DNA of 64,000 bases, from sequence record NC_019408.1. One strand, 5' to 3'. The translations under genes were made by a program, and so were the position numbers. The notes under the pieces were generated by a model. It was not told the origin of the DNA. It did no database searches and saw only the letters and a program-made list of their open reading frames with translations. Of the stretch, positions 16,999-26,163 are shown in pieces (within the stretch, counting starts at the first letter, position 1; each line of letters begins with the position of its first letter).

Positions 16999-17829
16999 TT
17001 AGTTCACCTTGACGAAGGGCACCGCCCCGCCGGTCGTGGTCGGCAGGCGGCCGTCCCACTTCTCGATCGCCTTCAGTTCGACGATCTGCGGGCTGGCCGC
17101 GATCGACGCCGCCAGCAGGCGGTTCGATTCGGCTTGACCACGGGCTTGCTCGATCGCGGCGTTGGCTTCAGCCTTGGCGACCTCGACGCGGGCGGTGGCC
17201 GCCACGGTGTCGGCGTCAGCCTTGGTCTTGGCCTGGATCGAGTCGAGGATCACCTGCGGGTAGCGGATGTTGCCGATCCAGTCGAGTTGGCTGATCGTCA
17301 CGCCCTCCTTGGCCCACTTGTGCTGGACCGTGGCGAGGGCCTTCTGGATCACCTGCTGGCGACCGCCCTTGTAGAGGTACTCGACCGACACCAGTTCGGT
17401 TTCGCGGGCGATGGCCGAGCGCACGTCGTTGCGGATCGGGCCTTCGAACAGTTGGTCGAACGACAGCCGGTACTTCTTGTAGAGCGCCGGCGCCGCCGCC
17501 GAGTCGACGCGCATGACGAGTTGGACGTCGGCGGTCATCGGCAGGGCGTTGTTGTCCGAGAACGTGACTTCTTCGTTCTCGCCGCCGCGCTCATCACGTT
17601 CGCGGGTGTAGGTGTAGGTGCGTTGGATCGCCGGGTAGTCGACGATCTTCTCGCCGAAGCTGTTGAAGTGCATGCCCGAGGACAGCGGGGCGGGATCGAC
17701 ACCCGAGCCGCCAACGGTGCGAATCTTCACGCCGATATTGCCGGGCTCGACGGTGTGCCAGCCGCAGGCCGACATGGTCGCCGCCATGCCCATCAGGGCC
17801 ACGGCAGTCAAAAGAGACTTGATCTTCAA
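16999..17829 (-). CDS. SPFH/band 7 (prohibitin-like) lipoprotein
   Basis: Lipobox MSAC; VEPG.IGV; Ala-rich coiled coil; EAIEKWDG.LP-like end. Confidence 0.85.
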   Translation of the reverse strand: MKIKSLLTAVALMGMAATMSACGWHTVEPGNIGVKIRTVGGSGVDPAPLSSGMHFNSFGEKIVDYPAIQRTYTYTRERDERGGENEEVTFSDNNALPMTADVQLVMRVDSAAAPALYKKYRLSFDQLFEGPIRNDVRSAIARETELVSVEYLYKGGRQQVIQKALATVQHKWAKEGVTISQLDWIGNIRYPQVILDSIQAKTKADADTVAATARVEVAKAEANAAIEQARGQAESNRLLAASIAASPQIVELKAIEKWDGRLPTTTGGAVPFVKVN

Positions 17830-17833
17830 GGGG

Positions 17834-18169
17834 TTACTCCTCGTCTTGTTTCGGGGATTTGTGGAACGCTTTTGCGATGTCGCTCAGGAGCTTGATCGCG
17901 AACATGAGGACGGTCGGCATCCCGATCAGCAGGATCGCGAAGGCGGCGAACGTCGAGCCGAAGACGTGGGCCTCGGTCAGGGTCCAGGCGAAAGCCATGT
18001 AGACCAGGATGCCGGCCATGATCACGATCATCGGGTAGATCGCCAGCCGGTAGAAAAGGCCGGGGAGGCGCTTGTCCCGCAGCGCCGCGCTGGGACCGCC
18101 AAGGGCCGAGACCAGGAAGGCGACCATCAGGACGAAGTAGAGAGGGAAGAGAGGAAAGAAGAGCCTCAC
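17834..18169 (-). CDS. membrane protein
   Basis: GTGA-overlap start; three hydrophobic helices. Confidence 0.6.
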   Translation of the reverse strand: MRLFFPLFPLYFVLMVAFLVSALGGPSAALRDKRLPGLFYRLAIYPMIVIMAGILVYMAFAWTLTEAHVFGSTFAAFAILLIGMPTVLMFAIKLLSDIAKAFHKSPKQDEE

Positions 18170-18858
18170 GAGGTGGGACCTTTCAGAATGGCGTCGATCC
18201 GCGCGAGGAGGTCCCCGCAATCGACGCCGCCAGCTTTGAAAGCCAAGGAGACCTCCGACAGCAGGTCGGTCTTCTTGACGGTCGCGATGGCGACCTGTTC
18301 CTCGATCGCCTCGACGATCGCGGTGACGAGCACCTCCTGGCGAACCCGCCAGCAGCCGTCGGCGCCCGAGTAGAACCACGTGCCGATGATGTTGTCGGAG
18401 CGGCTGTTGTCGGCGATCTTGCGCGCGGCGTGGTAGGGACCTTCGTCGCGGCCGATGTGCGCGCCCGCCGACAGGATGTCGATGATGTCCCGGCGGATGC
18501 CGTGCCACATGTCAGGCAGGATGCCCGAGGCCCTGTAGGCGTCGGCGTTGTCCAGGACGATCAGGAGGCGGCGCACGCGCTCGTCGGTGATCGGGCGGCT
18601 TTCGGTGATGCGCCGCTCGGCCCACTCCACCCGCGTCAGAGGAACCACCGCGCTCGGCGCGCCGGCCCGCAGAAGGCGCTTGGCGACGTCGTTCTCGTAG
18701 GACTCGTACTCGCGGCAGCGACCCTCCAGGCGGCGGATCGTCGCCCGCAGATCGACGGCTTCCTTGGCGTAGTCGTCCAGGGCCTCGTTAGCCTCGGCGA
18801 GCTTGCGCTCCAGGTCGGCGATCTTCAGCGCGCCATCGGCGTCCTCAAGAGGGTGCAT
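18166..18858 (-). CDS. hypothetical coiled-coil protein
   Basis: ATG overlapping upstream stop. Confidence 0.6.
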   Translation of the reverse strand: MHPLEDADGALKIADLERKLAEANEALDDYAKEAVDLRATIRRLEGRCREYESYENDVAKRLLRAGAPSAVVPLTRVEWAERRITESRPITDERVRRLLIVLDNADAYRASGILPDMWHGIRRDIIDILSAGAHIGRDEGPYHAARKIADNSRSDNIIGTWFYSGADGCWRVRQEVLVTAIVEAIEEQVAIATVKKTDLLSEVSLAFKAGGVDCGDLLARIDAILKGPTS

Positions 18859-19142
18859 CAGCCCGCGAGCCCCCGCTGCTTCAAGGCGACGATCTGCTCG
18901 ATCTCCTTGAGGATGTGCTCCGACAGGCGGTCGGTGCGCTCCTTGATGCCGGCCGGGACGCCGATCTTGCACTGGCCGATCTCATGCAGGCGGTCGGAGA
19001 CGGCCTTCAGATCGATCAGGGTGTCGCGGATCAGCACGTCGGCGAGGCTCAGGGCCTCGGACTGGAGCGCGGCGATGCGCTGGGCGGTGGTGATCTCGGT
19101 GGTCGCCGGCACGACGGCGAGCTTGGTCTGGGAAGCGGTCAA
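18858..19142 (-). CDS. hypothetical protein
   Basis: TTG start after AGGAG in repeated leader. Confidence 0.7.
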   Translation of the reverse strand: MTASQTKLAVVPATTEITTAQRIAALQSEALSLADVLIRDTLIDLKAVSDRLHEIGQCKIGVPAGIKERTDRLSEHILKEIEQIVALKQRGLAG

Positions 19143-19148
19143 ATCGGG

Positions 19149-19210
19149 TCTCCTTGTTGTCGTCGGGCGTGACTTCTAGCCGGCGTCCGTGGGGCTGTCA
19201 ACACTTTCGC
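19149..19210 (-). promoter_or_regulatory. repeated phage promoter
   Basis: TTGACA 19201-19196, N17, TAGAAG, CGACGACAAC-AAGGAG. Confidence 0.8.
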
Positions 19211-19733
19211 TCACGGGCGCGGCGCCATAGTGCGCGACCAGCACCAGCCGCGCGCCGCAGGCCACGAGCGAGCCCTGGGCGTTGTAGATCAGGCGCCCGG
19301 CTTCCTGGCCGTTGGCGTCGAGGATGGCGGCGGCGTGGGCGTAGGTCGGCTTGCCGCCCTTGCCCTTCTGGATGCGGATCGGCGGGGCGTTGGTCTGGTG
19401 CTTGGTGTTGCGGTCGATGACCTGCCGGTTGACGTTGAGCACGATCATGCCGCGCTCGATCTTCGGCAGCGGGGCGGGCTCCTCGGGCGGCAGCGGCATC
19501 CAGCCGATGACGTCGTCGATGGTGTAGGCGTCGCGCCCGGCCATCTTCCAGCAGATGTACGGGTCGTCATCCTCGTCGATCTGCCAGTCGACCAGTTGTG
19601 CCGTGTACATGCGGCCGTGCTGGGTCTTCACCAGCACCCAGTCGGACGCCTTCGCACCCCAGGGGTCCTCTTGCTTGATCTCGGGCGGATCGGCGTGAGG
19701 ATGGCGCCACAGGGGCCAGGACGGGTTGTTCAT
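19176..19733 (-). CDS. hypothetical two-domain protein (DUF551-like N-terminus)
   Basis: W...P...VLV....GWMPLP pattern; AGGAGG SD. Confidence 0.6.
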   Translation of the reverse strand: MNNPSWPLWRHPHADPPEIKQEDPWGAKASDWVLVKTQHGRMYTAQLVDWQIDEDDDPYICWKMAGRDAYTIDDVIGWMPLPPEEPAPLPKIERGMIVLNVNRQVIDRNTKHQTNAPPIRIQKGKGGKPTYAHAAAILDANGQEAGRLIYNAQGSLVACGARLVLVAHYGAAPVSESVDSPTDAG

Positions 19734-19741
19734 GGGTCCTC

Positions 19742-20641
19742 CTACCAGCCGAACTTGGTGGCGCAGACCGGGCCGATGCCGGCGTCGATCGAGGCGTGAT
19801 TGGTCAGTTCCCGGCCGCAGCACGAGCAGGAGCCGGTGCGCTGGCCATAGGCGATGGCGGCGGCGTGCGGATCGGCCGCCAGGGCGAGGATTTCGGCTTC
19901 CTGCTCGGCGGTGCAGTCGCGCACCTTGAGGAACTTGCCGTTCATCACCTTGCCCATGTACACGCCCTCGACGGTGCGCACGTAGATGGCGCCGGCGTTG
20001 GTGCTATCCATGGCGGCGGGCTTGAACTTGTAGCCGGCCAGCCGCAGGGTGATGTTCTTCAGGCCCGAGCCCTTGGCGTGGAAGAAGGCTTCTTCCAGCT
20101 TGGCGAGCGAGATGGCGGGCGCGGCGGCTTCGCGGGCGACCCGCTCGGCTTCGCGTTGGATCGCGCGCTTCTTGTCCTCGGCCGCCAGCCGCTGGACGGT
20201 GGCAAGCTGCTTCTCCGACAGGTGACCGTATTGCTCGACGGCCTGGAGCATCTTGTGGGCGAAGTCAAAGCGCGGGGCGGTCTTGACCATCCACGCCATC
20301 TCCTCGGCGTGCGTCAGCTTCCAAGCAGCGCGCTGGGCTTGGAGATCGGCCACGGCCTGGGCCTTCTTCTTGTCGGCGTTGGCGCGGCGGCGGGCGCGTT
20401 CCTCGGGCGAGGTCTTGCGCACGAACTTGCCCTTGCCCTTGCAGACGAAGCACTGGCGGCCGTACTGCGACATGCCGCGATACGTGCCCGTGCCCCGGCA
20501 CTTGGGGCAGAGTTCGATCCACTCGGCCGGCGGCGGGGTCTCGTCGACGAAATCGACGCCCGCTTCCATGGGCTCACCCGGCTGGGTTTCCCGGACCACC
20601 GGCTCGGTGATCAGTTCATCCATGTCAGCGAAAAGGTCCAC
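19742..20641 (-). CDS. zinc-finger protein with C-terminal DUF6011-like domain
   Basis: CPKC.GTG, CFVCKGKG; CSCCGRELTN.ASI..GIGPVC. Confidence 0.7.
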   Translation of the reverse strand: MDLFADMDELITEPVVRETQPGEPMEAGVDFVDETPPPAEWIELCPKCRGTGTYRGMSQYGRQCFVCKGKGKFVRKTSPEERARRRANADKKKAQAVADLQAQRAAWKLTHAEEMAWMVKTAPRFDFAHKMLQAVEQYGHLSEKQLATVQRLAAEDKKRAIQREAERVAREAAAPAISLAKLEEAFFHAKGSGLKNITLRLAGYKFKPAAMDSTNAGAIYVRTVEGVYMGKVMNGKFLKVRDCTAEQEAEILALAADPHAAAIAYGQRTGSCSCCGRELTNHASIDAGIGPVCATKFGW

Positions 20642-20671
20642 GGCGGGTCTCCATCAGCAGGTGATGGAGCC

Positions 20672-20716
20672 CTTCTAGGCCCTCTCGACCTAGCCTGTCA
20701 ACACTCTCGCGCCAAC
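20672..20716 (-). promoter_or_regulatory. repeated phage promoter with upstream 16-bp element
   Basis: GTTGGCGCGAGAGTGTTGACA, N18, TAGAAG; leader is a hairpin instead of CGACGACAAC. Confidence 0.75.
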
Positions 20717-20890
20717 AAAATGTCGGCTAGTCCTCGCCGGCCGCCGGCGGATCGTCTGGTCCCTCGTCCGGTCCAGCCTCTTCCCAGGCTCTGGCCCATT
20801 CGGGGCTCCGCAGCAGCGGCAGGTTACGCCAACCTGGACCGTAGCGATCATCCATGATCTTCGTCGCGCGGCTGGTTTGAGTGCCTTCAC
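20690..20890 (-). CDS. hypothetical protein with CxCC
   Basis: GTGA overlap; runs through promoter. Confidence 0.4.
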   Translation of the reverse strand: MKALKPAARRRSWMIATVQVGVTCRCCGAPNGPEPGKRLDRTRDQTIRRRPARTSRHFVGARVLTG

Positions 20891-21120
20891 GCATCAGCCT
20901 GCACCTTCTCGGCGGGCGGGACGACGATGGTTAGATCGTCGATGTCCCATCGCCCGAACAAAGGACGCCCGGCGTCACGAATAAGCTGACAGGCGACGGT
21001 CTTGGCGATCCTCACGCGAATGGGCGCACGATCCTCTGCGTAGTTAGGGTCAAGGCAGGCATAGACGATCCTCGCGTACCGAATGTCGGGGCCAGTGACT
21101 TCGTTGCTGAAGGTCGTCAT
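20887..21120 (-). CDS. hypothetical protein, atypical codon usage
   Basis: ATG overlapping upstream stop. Confidence 0.55.
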   Translation of the reverse strand: MTTFSNEVTGPDIRYARIVYACLDPNYAEDRAPIRVRIAKTVACQLIRDAGRPLFGRWDIDDLTIVVPPAEKVQADA

Positions 21121-21434
21121 CAGCTTTGCTCGGCCTCTTCCAGGATCAGGGTGTACATGTCGCGCGGATCGCCGCACGGGATGATGTCGACGATCACGCA
21201 GGTCCGGATGCGCTCGCTCTGGGTCAGGTAGATGACGAAGTCGCCCAGGCGCGGCCCCTGGCAGTGGACCATCACGCTGATGCGCTCGATCACCAGGGGC
21301 TTGCGGAACCAGCCCCGCTTGACCAAGCGCGGCTTGGCGACGCTGAACGTGCTGGAGTGCATGGCGTGACCCCAGCCCTGTTTGCCGGGGCGGAAGTCGA
21401 AGGTCCGGGGACCGTTATTAAGGCGCAGGAGCAT
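21120..21434 (-). CDS. hypothetical protein
   Basis: ORF in operon. Confidence 0.6.
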   Translation of the reverse strand: MLLRLNNGPRTFDFRPGKQGWGHAMHSSTFSVAKPRLVKRGWFRKPLVIERISVMVHCQGPRLGDFVIYLTQSERIRTCVIVDIIPCGDPRDMYTLILEEAEQS

Positions 21435-21648
21435 GGCGACCCTTTTCGGCTAGGACGCGGCGCTCCAGGCGGCCGTGCCCGATGAAGGCGATAATGTCTT
21501 TGCCCCGGACGCGCTTGGGCATGTAGCCGCCAAAACGCCGCTGGAGCGGGATGCGCCGGTACTTGGGATCGAACAGCCCGACCCAGCGGCGCGCCCTGGG
21601 GTTCTCGCGCGGCAGGATCACCGACAGGACATAGGGTGAGAAGTTCAT
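21418..21648 (-). CDS. hypothetical protein
   Basis: ORF in operon. Confidence 0.55.
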   Translation of the reverse strand: MNFSPYVLSVILPRENPRARRWVGLFDPKYRRIPLQRRFGGYMPKRVRGKDIIAFIGHGRLERRVLAEKGRHAPAP

Positions 21649-21887
21649 GTCGTGATCGTCGAGAGGACGTAGGTCGCCTCGGCCCGGCCGTAGTCGTCGG
21701 GGCCGATCAGCATCAGTTGCGACGGCTGGTCGAGGTCGACGTCACGCCAGACCACCTTGCCCTTGCGGCCGGTGACCGACGGATCGTGCGGCAGGTCAGC
21801 GATCAGCCGCAGGGCGGCGGTGGCGATCTGGTGGGCCTCATAGGAGCCCGGTTCGATGTGGTCGGCGAGGGTGAGCTTGACGAGCAT
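21645..21887 (-). CDS. hypothetical protein
   Basis: AGGAG SD. Confidence 0.65.
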   Translation of the reverse strand: MLVKLTLADHIEPGSYEAHQIATAALRLIADLPHDPSVTGRKGKVVWRDVDLDQPSQLMLIGPDDYGRAEATYVLSTITT

Positions 21888-21899
21888 CTTGGCTCCTTT

Positions 21900-22412
21900 C
21901 TATCCGTGAAGAGAGGTCTTCAGGTGGGCGCGGCCCTGGTGGTACATCCGCATCGCGCGCTTCTCGGTCTTGCAGGGACCAAACCAGAGCAGGTCCCCCG
22001 GCCGCCGGGCGGCGATCCCATACTGCCGCATGGGCTCTTCCACGTAGTCGACGCCAGCCAAGATGCTGATCACCTCGTAGGGGCTTTCGCCCGCTTCGAT
22101 CTGCGCGTCGTCCACGCCGACGTAAAACGAGACGTCCTTGCCGAACATCCCGCCGGTGACCCTGGCATGTCGCCAGGACGTCCAGAACCACCCGCGCCGC
22201 AACTCCAGGCCGCAAACGATACCCAGGTCGGCTTCCTGCGGCTCACCGTCGGGCCAGGACCCAAGCACCGACGCCTGGAAAGCCGAGTCAGGATGGGACT
22301 CCGCCTTGACGAGGCCGGTGGCGATCCGCTTGGCGTCGTCCTCGTCGACCGCCGTGACCTCGATCTCGGTGACGAGGGCCTGGGTGACCTTGATCAGGAA
22401 GGTCTCAGCCAC
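21900..22412 (-). CDS. hypothetical protein
   Basis: GTG start after GAGG (ATG 22427 alternative). Confidence 0.6.
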   Translation of the reverse strand: MAETFLIKVTQALVTEIEVTAVDEDDAKRIATGLVKAESHPDSAFQASVLGSWPDGEPQEADLGIVCGLELRRGWFWTSWRHARVTGGMFGKDVSFYVGVDDAQIEAGESPYEVISILAGVDYVEEPMRQYGIAARRPGDLLWFGPCKTEKRAMRMYHQGRAHLKTSLHG

Positions 22413-23091
22413 GCAGGCGCGCCTCATGGAACGCGTTCGCGCCCACCGCCGCCGCCAGTTCCGACTTGATCTGGTCGACGTCGGCCTTCAATTCCTTGAA
22501 GTAGGGCGTGTCGGCGAGCAGGTCCTGCATCTTCCACAGGCCCGCATAGGCCCGCTGGACGTAGCCGGTCAGATCATCCTCGACCACGCGCACGATGTCG
22601 TGGAACTTGACCGGGACGTAGGCGTCGACGTCGCAGAGGTAAGCGACATCGTGGGCTTCGATAATCCGCACGCCGCCCGAGGCGAGGTTCTTGACGACCT
22701 GGGGGACGTGCTCGCAGTGGCTGACCGTGCGGATCGAGCCGCGCGGGGCCTTGGGCGGATTGTGCGTCACCAGGACGACCTTGTCGCCCGGCTGGAACTC
22801 CCAGCGGACCTCGGGATCGTTCAGGTGGTCGTCGATCATCTTGCGGATCGTCGCCAGCGAGCGATGGCTGTAGCAGTCGCCGTGGAGGCAGTAGTGGATG
22901 ATCTTCCACTCCTTGTCGGTGGGCGAGGGGATTTCCTTGCCCTCGCCGTCGCGGCCATGGAAGTAGGCCGCCGACTCCAGACGATGGATGGCCTCGATGT
23001 CGCGGTCGTCGTCGGTCTCGATCGTGTCGAGCAGGTTGATCACCTTCATCAGGCTGTAGGTGATCGGACGAGTGTAGGGGCGCTTGATCAC
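22405..23091 (-). CDS. hypothetical protein (FHGRDxEGK motif)
   Basis: GTGA overlap start. Confidence 0.65.
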   Translation of the reverse strand: MIKRPYTRPITYSLMKVINLLDTIETDDDRDIEAIHRLESAAYFHGRDGEGKEIPSPTDKEWKIIHYCLHGDCYSHRSLATIRKMIDDHLNDPEVRWEFQPGDKVVLVTHNPPKAPRGSIRTVSHCEHVPQVVKNLASGGVRIIEAHDVAYLCDVDAYVPVKFHDIVRVVEDDLTGYVQRAYAGLWKMQDLLADTPYFKELKADVDQIKSELAAAVGANAFHEARLRG

Positions 23092-23984
23092 AGGTGCTTC
23101 TCCAGGCCCAGGTCGTCGATCACCGCCTGGGCGATGGCTTCGAGGTTGAAGTGGCCGTCGAGGATCGCATCGCGCATGTCGTCGGCGTCGACCCAGTTGG
23201 AGGCGCCCTGGTAGGCGGTGCTCTCGGCGGCCTCGATCGCGCGCTTGAGGGCGTCGGCCAGGATCACCGCCGGGGTGCGCTTGACCTTGGCCTTCTTGAC
23301 CTTCCAGTGGAGGTCCTGGATGCGCACGACGCGGCGCGCGCCGTCGTCGATGTCCTTGAAGGCGCCGGCCTCGACCAGCCGCGCGACGGTGGCGTCGGTG
23401 AAGTGGGCGTTGGCCTCGTTCACCGGGAACGTGGTCCAGCAGTCGGTGCCCAGTTGGGTCAGGGTGCCCGACGACGTGGCGCGCGCGGCGTGGATGGCGT
23501 GGTATTCGTCGGCGAGCATGAACTGCTCGTAGCCGGGGCCGCTCAGGGTGCCAACGTCGTTGAGCACCGCGACATAGCAGTTCTCGCCGTTCCAGGACTG
23601 CGACGAGTAGCACTTCTGGAGCGTGTAGGTCTTGCCGACCGTGAAGCTCTCGCTGCCGCCCACATAGACGGCCTGGGCGTTCTGGGGGAACGGCCAGCGA
23701 TAGTGCTCATTGTCGGGATCGAAGGCTTCCAGGGCCTTGGTGATGTCCTCGCGCTTGACCTCGTCGGCCGTGAAGCGCTTGTACTTGCCCTCGGCGTCGC
23801 GGCCGTGGAACAGGTCCTGAATCGCGCGCACGATGTCGTACTCGAACGGCCAGATCGAGCCGCCCCGGTAGTCACTGACCAGCTTGTCGAACATCGCCAC
23901 CGAGCCGCCGGCCGCTTCGAGCGCCAGCAGGTCACGGATGATGTCGGCCGGCTCGCGGGCGTAGGCGTAGGGTTGACGGACCAT
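23088..23984 (-). CDS. hypothetical protein (FHGRDxEGK motif)
   Basis: ATG overlapping upstream stop. Confidence 0.7.
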   Translation of the reverse strand: MVRQPYAYAREPADIIRDLLALEAAGGSVAMFDKLVSDYRGGSIWPFEYDIVRAIQDLFHGRDAEGKYKRFTADEVKREDITKALEAFDPDNEHYRWPFPQNAQAVYVGGSESFTVGKTYTLQKCYSSQSWNGENCYVAVLNDVGTLSGPGYEQFMLADEYHAIHAARATSSGTLTQLGTDCWTTFPVNEANAHFTDATVARLVEAGAFKDIDDGARRVVRIQDLHWKVKKAKVKRTPAVILADALKRAIEAAESTAYQGASNWVDADDMRDAILDGHFNLEAIAQAVIDDLGLEKHL

Positions 23985-24349
23985 CAGGCCGACACCTTCG
24001 CCAGTTGCTTTTCCAGTTCGGCGCGCAGTTCGGCGTCGGTCAGACCCAGGCGCTCTTTCATGAACGCCACGGCGTCGGCCGGGTTGTCGAAGGAGCGGGT
24101 GTCCGCATCGGTGCTGTCGCGCAGGCCACGCACCTCGGTCACGCCCCAGAAGGTCGCCCAGGCGCTCGCGACGACGGCCGCCAGCGCTACGAAGAACGCG
24201 CCGCCAAACTGGTGAGCGTCAGCGCGCTCGATCAGTTCGGCGCCGGCGAAGGACACGGCGATGAGTGACACCGAGGCCAGATGCAGCATGGCGCTCTTGC
24301 GCGTGTAGGTCGGGGTCACCTTGAGGGTGAACTTGTCGCTGGTCTCCAA
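23984..24349 (-). CDS. membrane protein
   Basis: TTG start after GAGGAG; two hydrophobic helices. Confidence 0.65.
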   Translation of the reverse strand: METSDKFTLKVTPTYTRKSAMLHLASVSLIAVSFAGAELIERADAHQFGGAFFVALAAVVASAWATFWGVTEVRGLRDSTDADTRSFDNPADAVAFMKERLGLTDAELRAELEKQLAKVSA

Positions 24350-24354
24350 GAGAG

Positions 24355-24425
24355 GTCTCCTCTGTCGTTGTCGTCGAGGGGCTTATAGGCGGAGGTCAGT
24401 GACCTGTCAACACTCTCACGCCAAC
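24355..24425 (-). promoter_or_regulatory. repeated phage promoter with upstream 16-bp element
   Basis: GTTGGCGTGAGAGTGTTGACA, N17, TATAAG, CGACGACAAC. Confidence 0.85.
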
Positions 24426-25828
24426 TTTACGCCGACCGAGGCTGCGACCTTGGTGAGGGACTCGCGCTGGGCCTTGATGCGTTTGTCGAAGGCGTCGAGC
24501 GTCGACATCATCTCGGCCTCCAGCTTGTCCAGCGCCGCCCACTGCTCGACGACCGCCTTGGCGGCCTTGTCCTGGGCCTCGTTGCGTTCTGGGCCGTAGA
24601 CCCGCTCGCGCAGTTCGGCGATCCAGGCGCGCGGCAGGCCCAGTTCCTTGGAGACCTTCTCGTCGGTCATGTCGCCGCCATAGCACTGGCGGTTGGTATC
24701 GTAGTGGGTGTCCAGGGCTTCGAGGATACGGCGGTTCTCGGCCGGCGTCGCCGCGCGCGGCGGCTCGGCGGACTGGGGCAGGGTCTTGGCGGCGGCTGGG
24801 GGCATGGCGATCTCCGGAATAGGGGTTTCGATATGGGTTTCGATGGTGGTCGGATTGTTCTTCTTGGCCAGCCGCGTCTTGGCGGCGGCCTTCTGGCGCT
24901 CGGAGCGTTCTTCCTGGGTCATGGCGGCCCAGTAGGCGCGCGGGCCGCGCCCCTTCTTTTCACGCTGCTCGGCGATCTTGGCTTCCCGCTTGGCCTTGCG
25001 CGTGGCGTGGCCCTTCTTGGCGAGTTCCGACCGTTGCTCGGGCGTCAGGGATTCGTGGTGGGCGCGCAGATGCGCCCCATCGAAGAGCTTGCGCCGATCG
25101 ACCTTGGCGTCGACGCCTTGTTCCTTGCTCACGATGGCGTAGGCCTCCTCGAAAATGGGATTGAGGAACTTGTCGGACGCGTAGTGGACGATCTCCTCGG
25201 GCAGCACGTCATCCTGGGTGCTCAGTTCCTGGATCACCCGGCGGATCGACGCCAGGAGAGGAGCCGTGGGCGCTTCAAGTCCACACTCGCGGAAGAACTT
25301 GCCGGCGTAATTCGTGAGGACGACCTTGATCCGCTGCTCGCGCGGGTAGCCGCCCGTCGTCTTGCGGATGGCGCCCCGGACGATCCTGTCGGCCGTGTCG
25401 GGATCGATCTCCGCCACGGTGGCCAGCATCTTGCCCACGGCCTCGTCTTCGAGGACGAAGTCACCCGCCTCGCGCGGGTCGATCATCTCGATCGGCTTGA
25501 TCGCGTTGGACACGACCTGGATCGCCGTGTCGATGGCGATGTCGTCGCGGTCGGCGACCGGGGCGGAGTCCTGCTTGGCGCGGCCGTGGCAGGACGGGCA
25601 GGTGTCCTTGTTGCGGTTGGCGCCGACGGCCCAGCCCCGCTTACGGAATATCTTCGAGGCCAGTTCCGCCGGGATGTGCGGGCTGCGCGTCGTCACCGGG
25701 ACGGCGTCATCGCGGTCGCACTTGCGGCAGACGGCCACGACGTGGTTCTGGCGCTTGTTGGGGTCGGTGGCCAGGGGACGCATCTCGACCCGGAACGACT
25801 CGCGCGTGGCAAGTTTGGTCGTGCTCAT
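24416..25828 (-). CDS. multidomain putative DNA-binding protein
   Basis: N-terminal CRKC...CPSC, basic T(P/Q)E(Q/E)RSE repeats, C-terminal HTH-like DEKVSKELGLPRAWIAELRE. Confidence 0.7.
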   Translation of the reverse strand: MSTTKLATRESFRVEMRPLATDPNKRQNHVVAVCRKCDRDDAVPVTTRSPHIPAELASKIFRKRGWAVGANRNKDTCPSCHGRAKQDSAPVADRDDIAIDTAIQVVSNAIKPIEMIDPREAGDFVLEDEAVGKMLATVAEIDPDTADRIVRGAIRKTTGGYPREQRIKVVLTNYAGKFFRECGLEAPTAPLLASIRRVIQELSTQDDVLPEEIVHYASDKFLNPIFEEAYAIVSKEQGVDAKVDRRKLFDGAHLRAHHESLTPEQRSELAKKGHATRKAKREAKIAEQREKKGRGPRAYWAAMTQEERSERQKAAAKTRLAKKNNPTTIETHIETPIPEIAMPPAAAKTLPQSAEPPRAATPAENRRILEALDTHYDTNRQCYGGDMTDEKVSKELGLPRAWIAELRERVYGPERNEAQDKAAKAVVEQWAALDKLEAEMMSTLDAFDKRIKAQRESLTKVAASVGVKLA

Positions 25829-26157
25829 TTCTTGCCCCTCGGACGATTGTTCTCGAACCACGCGTGCCACTCAGCCTTGGTCATCCAGGGCTGGGTGCGG
25901 TGGGCGTTGTAGAGGGCAAGGCCCTCCTCGGTGACGGTGTAGAACTTCGAGCCGCGCTCCATGTGTGGCATGCGCTGCTCGGACTTGGCGAGACCACGCT
26001 TTTCGAGCTTGGCCAGGGTCGCCGAATGGTGCGAGCCGTTCGAGCCGCCGACATCCATGGTGCGGTGTCGGCGGATCGGCTCATCGCGGAAGGATGGGAT
26101 CAGGCACCCCAGGACCTCCCAGTCGCGGTCGGTCAGTGGGGACAGGCGTCGGGTCAT
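25825..26157 (-). CDS. winged-helix protein
   Basis: ATLAKLEKRGL...FYTVTEEG pattern; GGAG SD. Confidence 0.6.
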   Translation of the reverse strand: MTRRLSPLTDRDWEVLGCLIPSFRDEPIRRHRTMDVGGSNGSHHSATLAKLEKRGLAKSEQRMPHMERGSKFYTVTEEGLALYNAHRTQPWMTKAEWHAWFENNRPRGKK

Positions 26158-26163
26158 CGCGGT

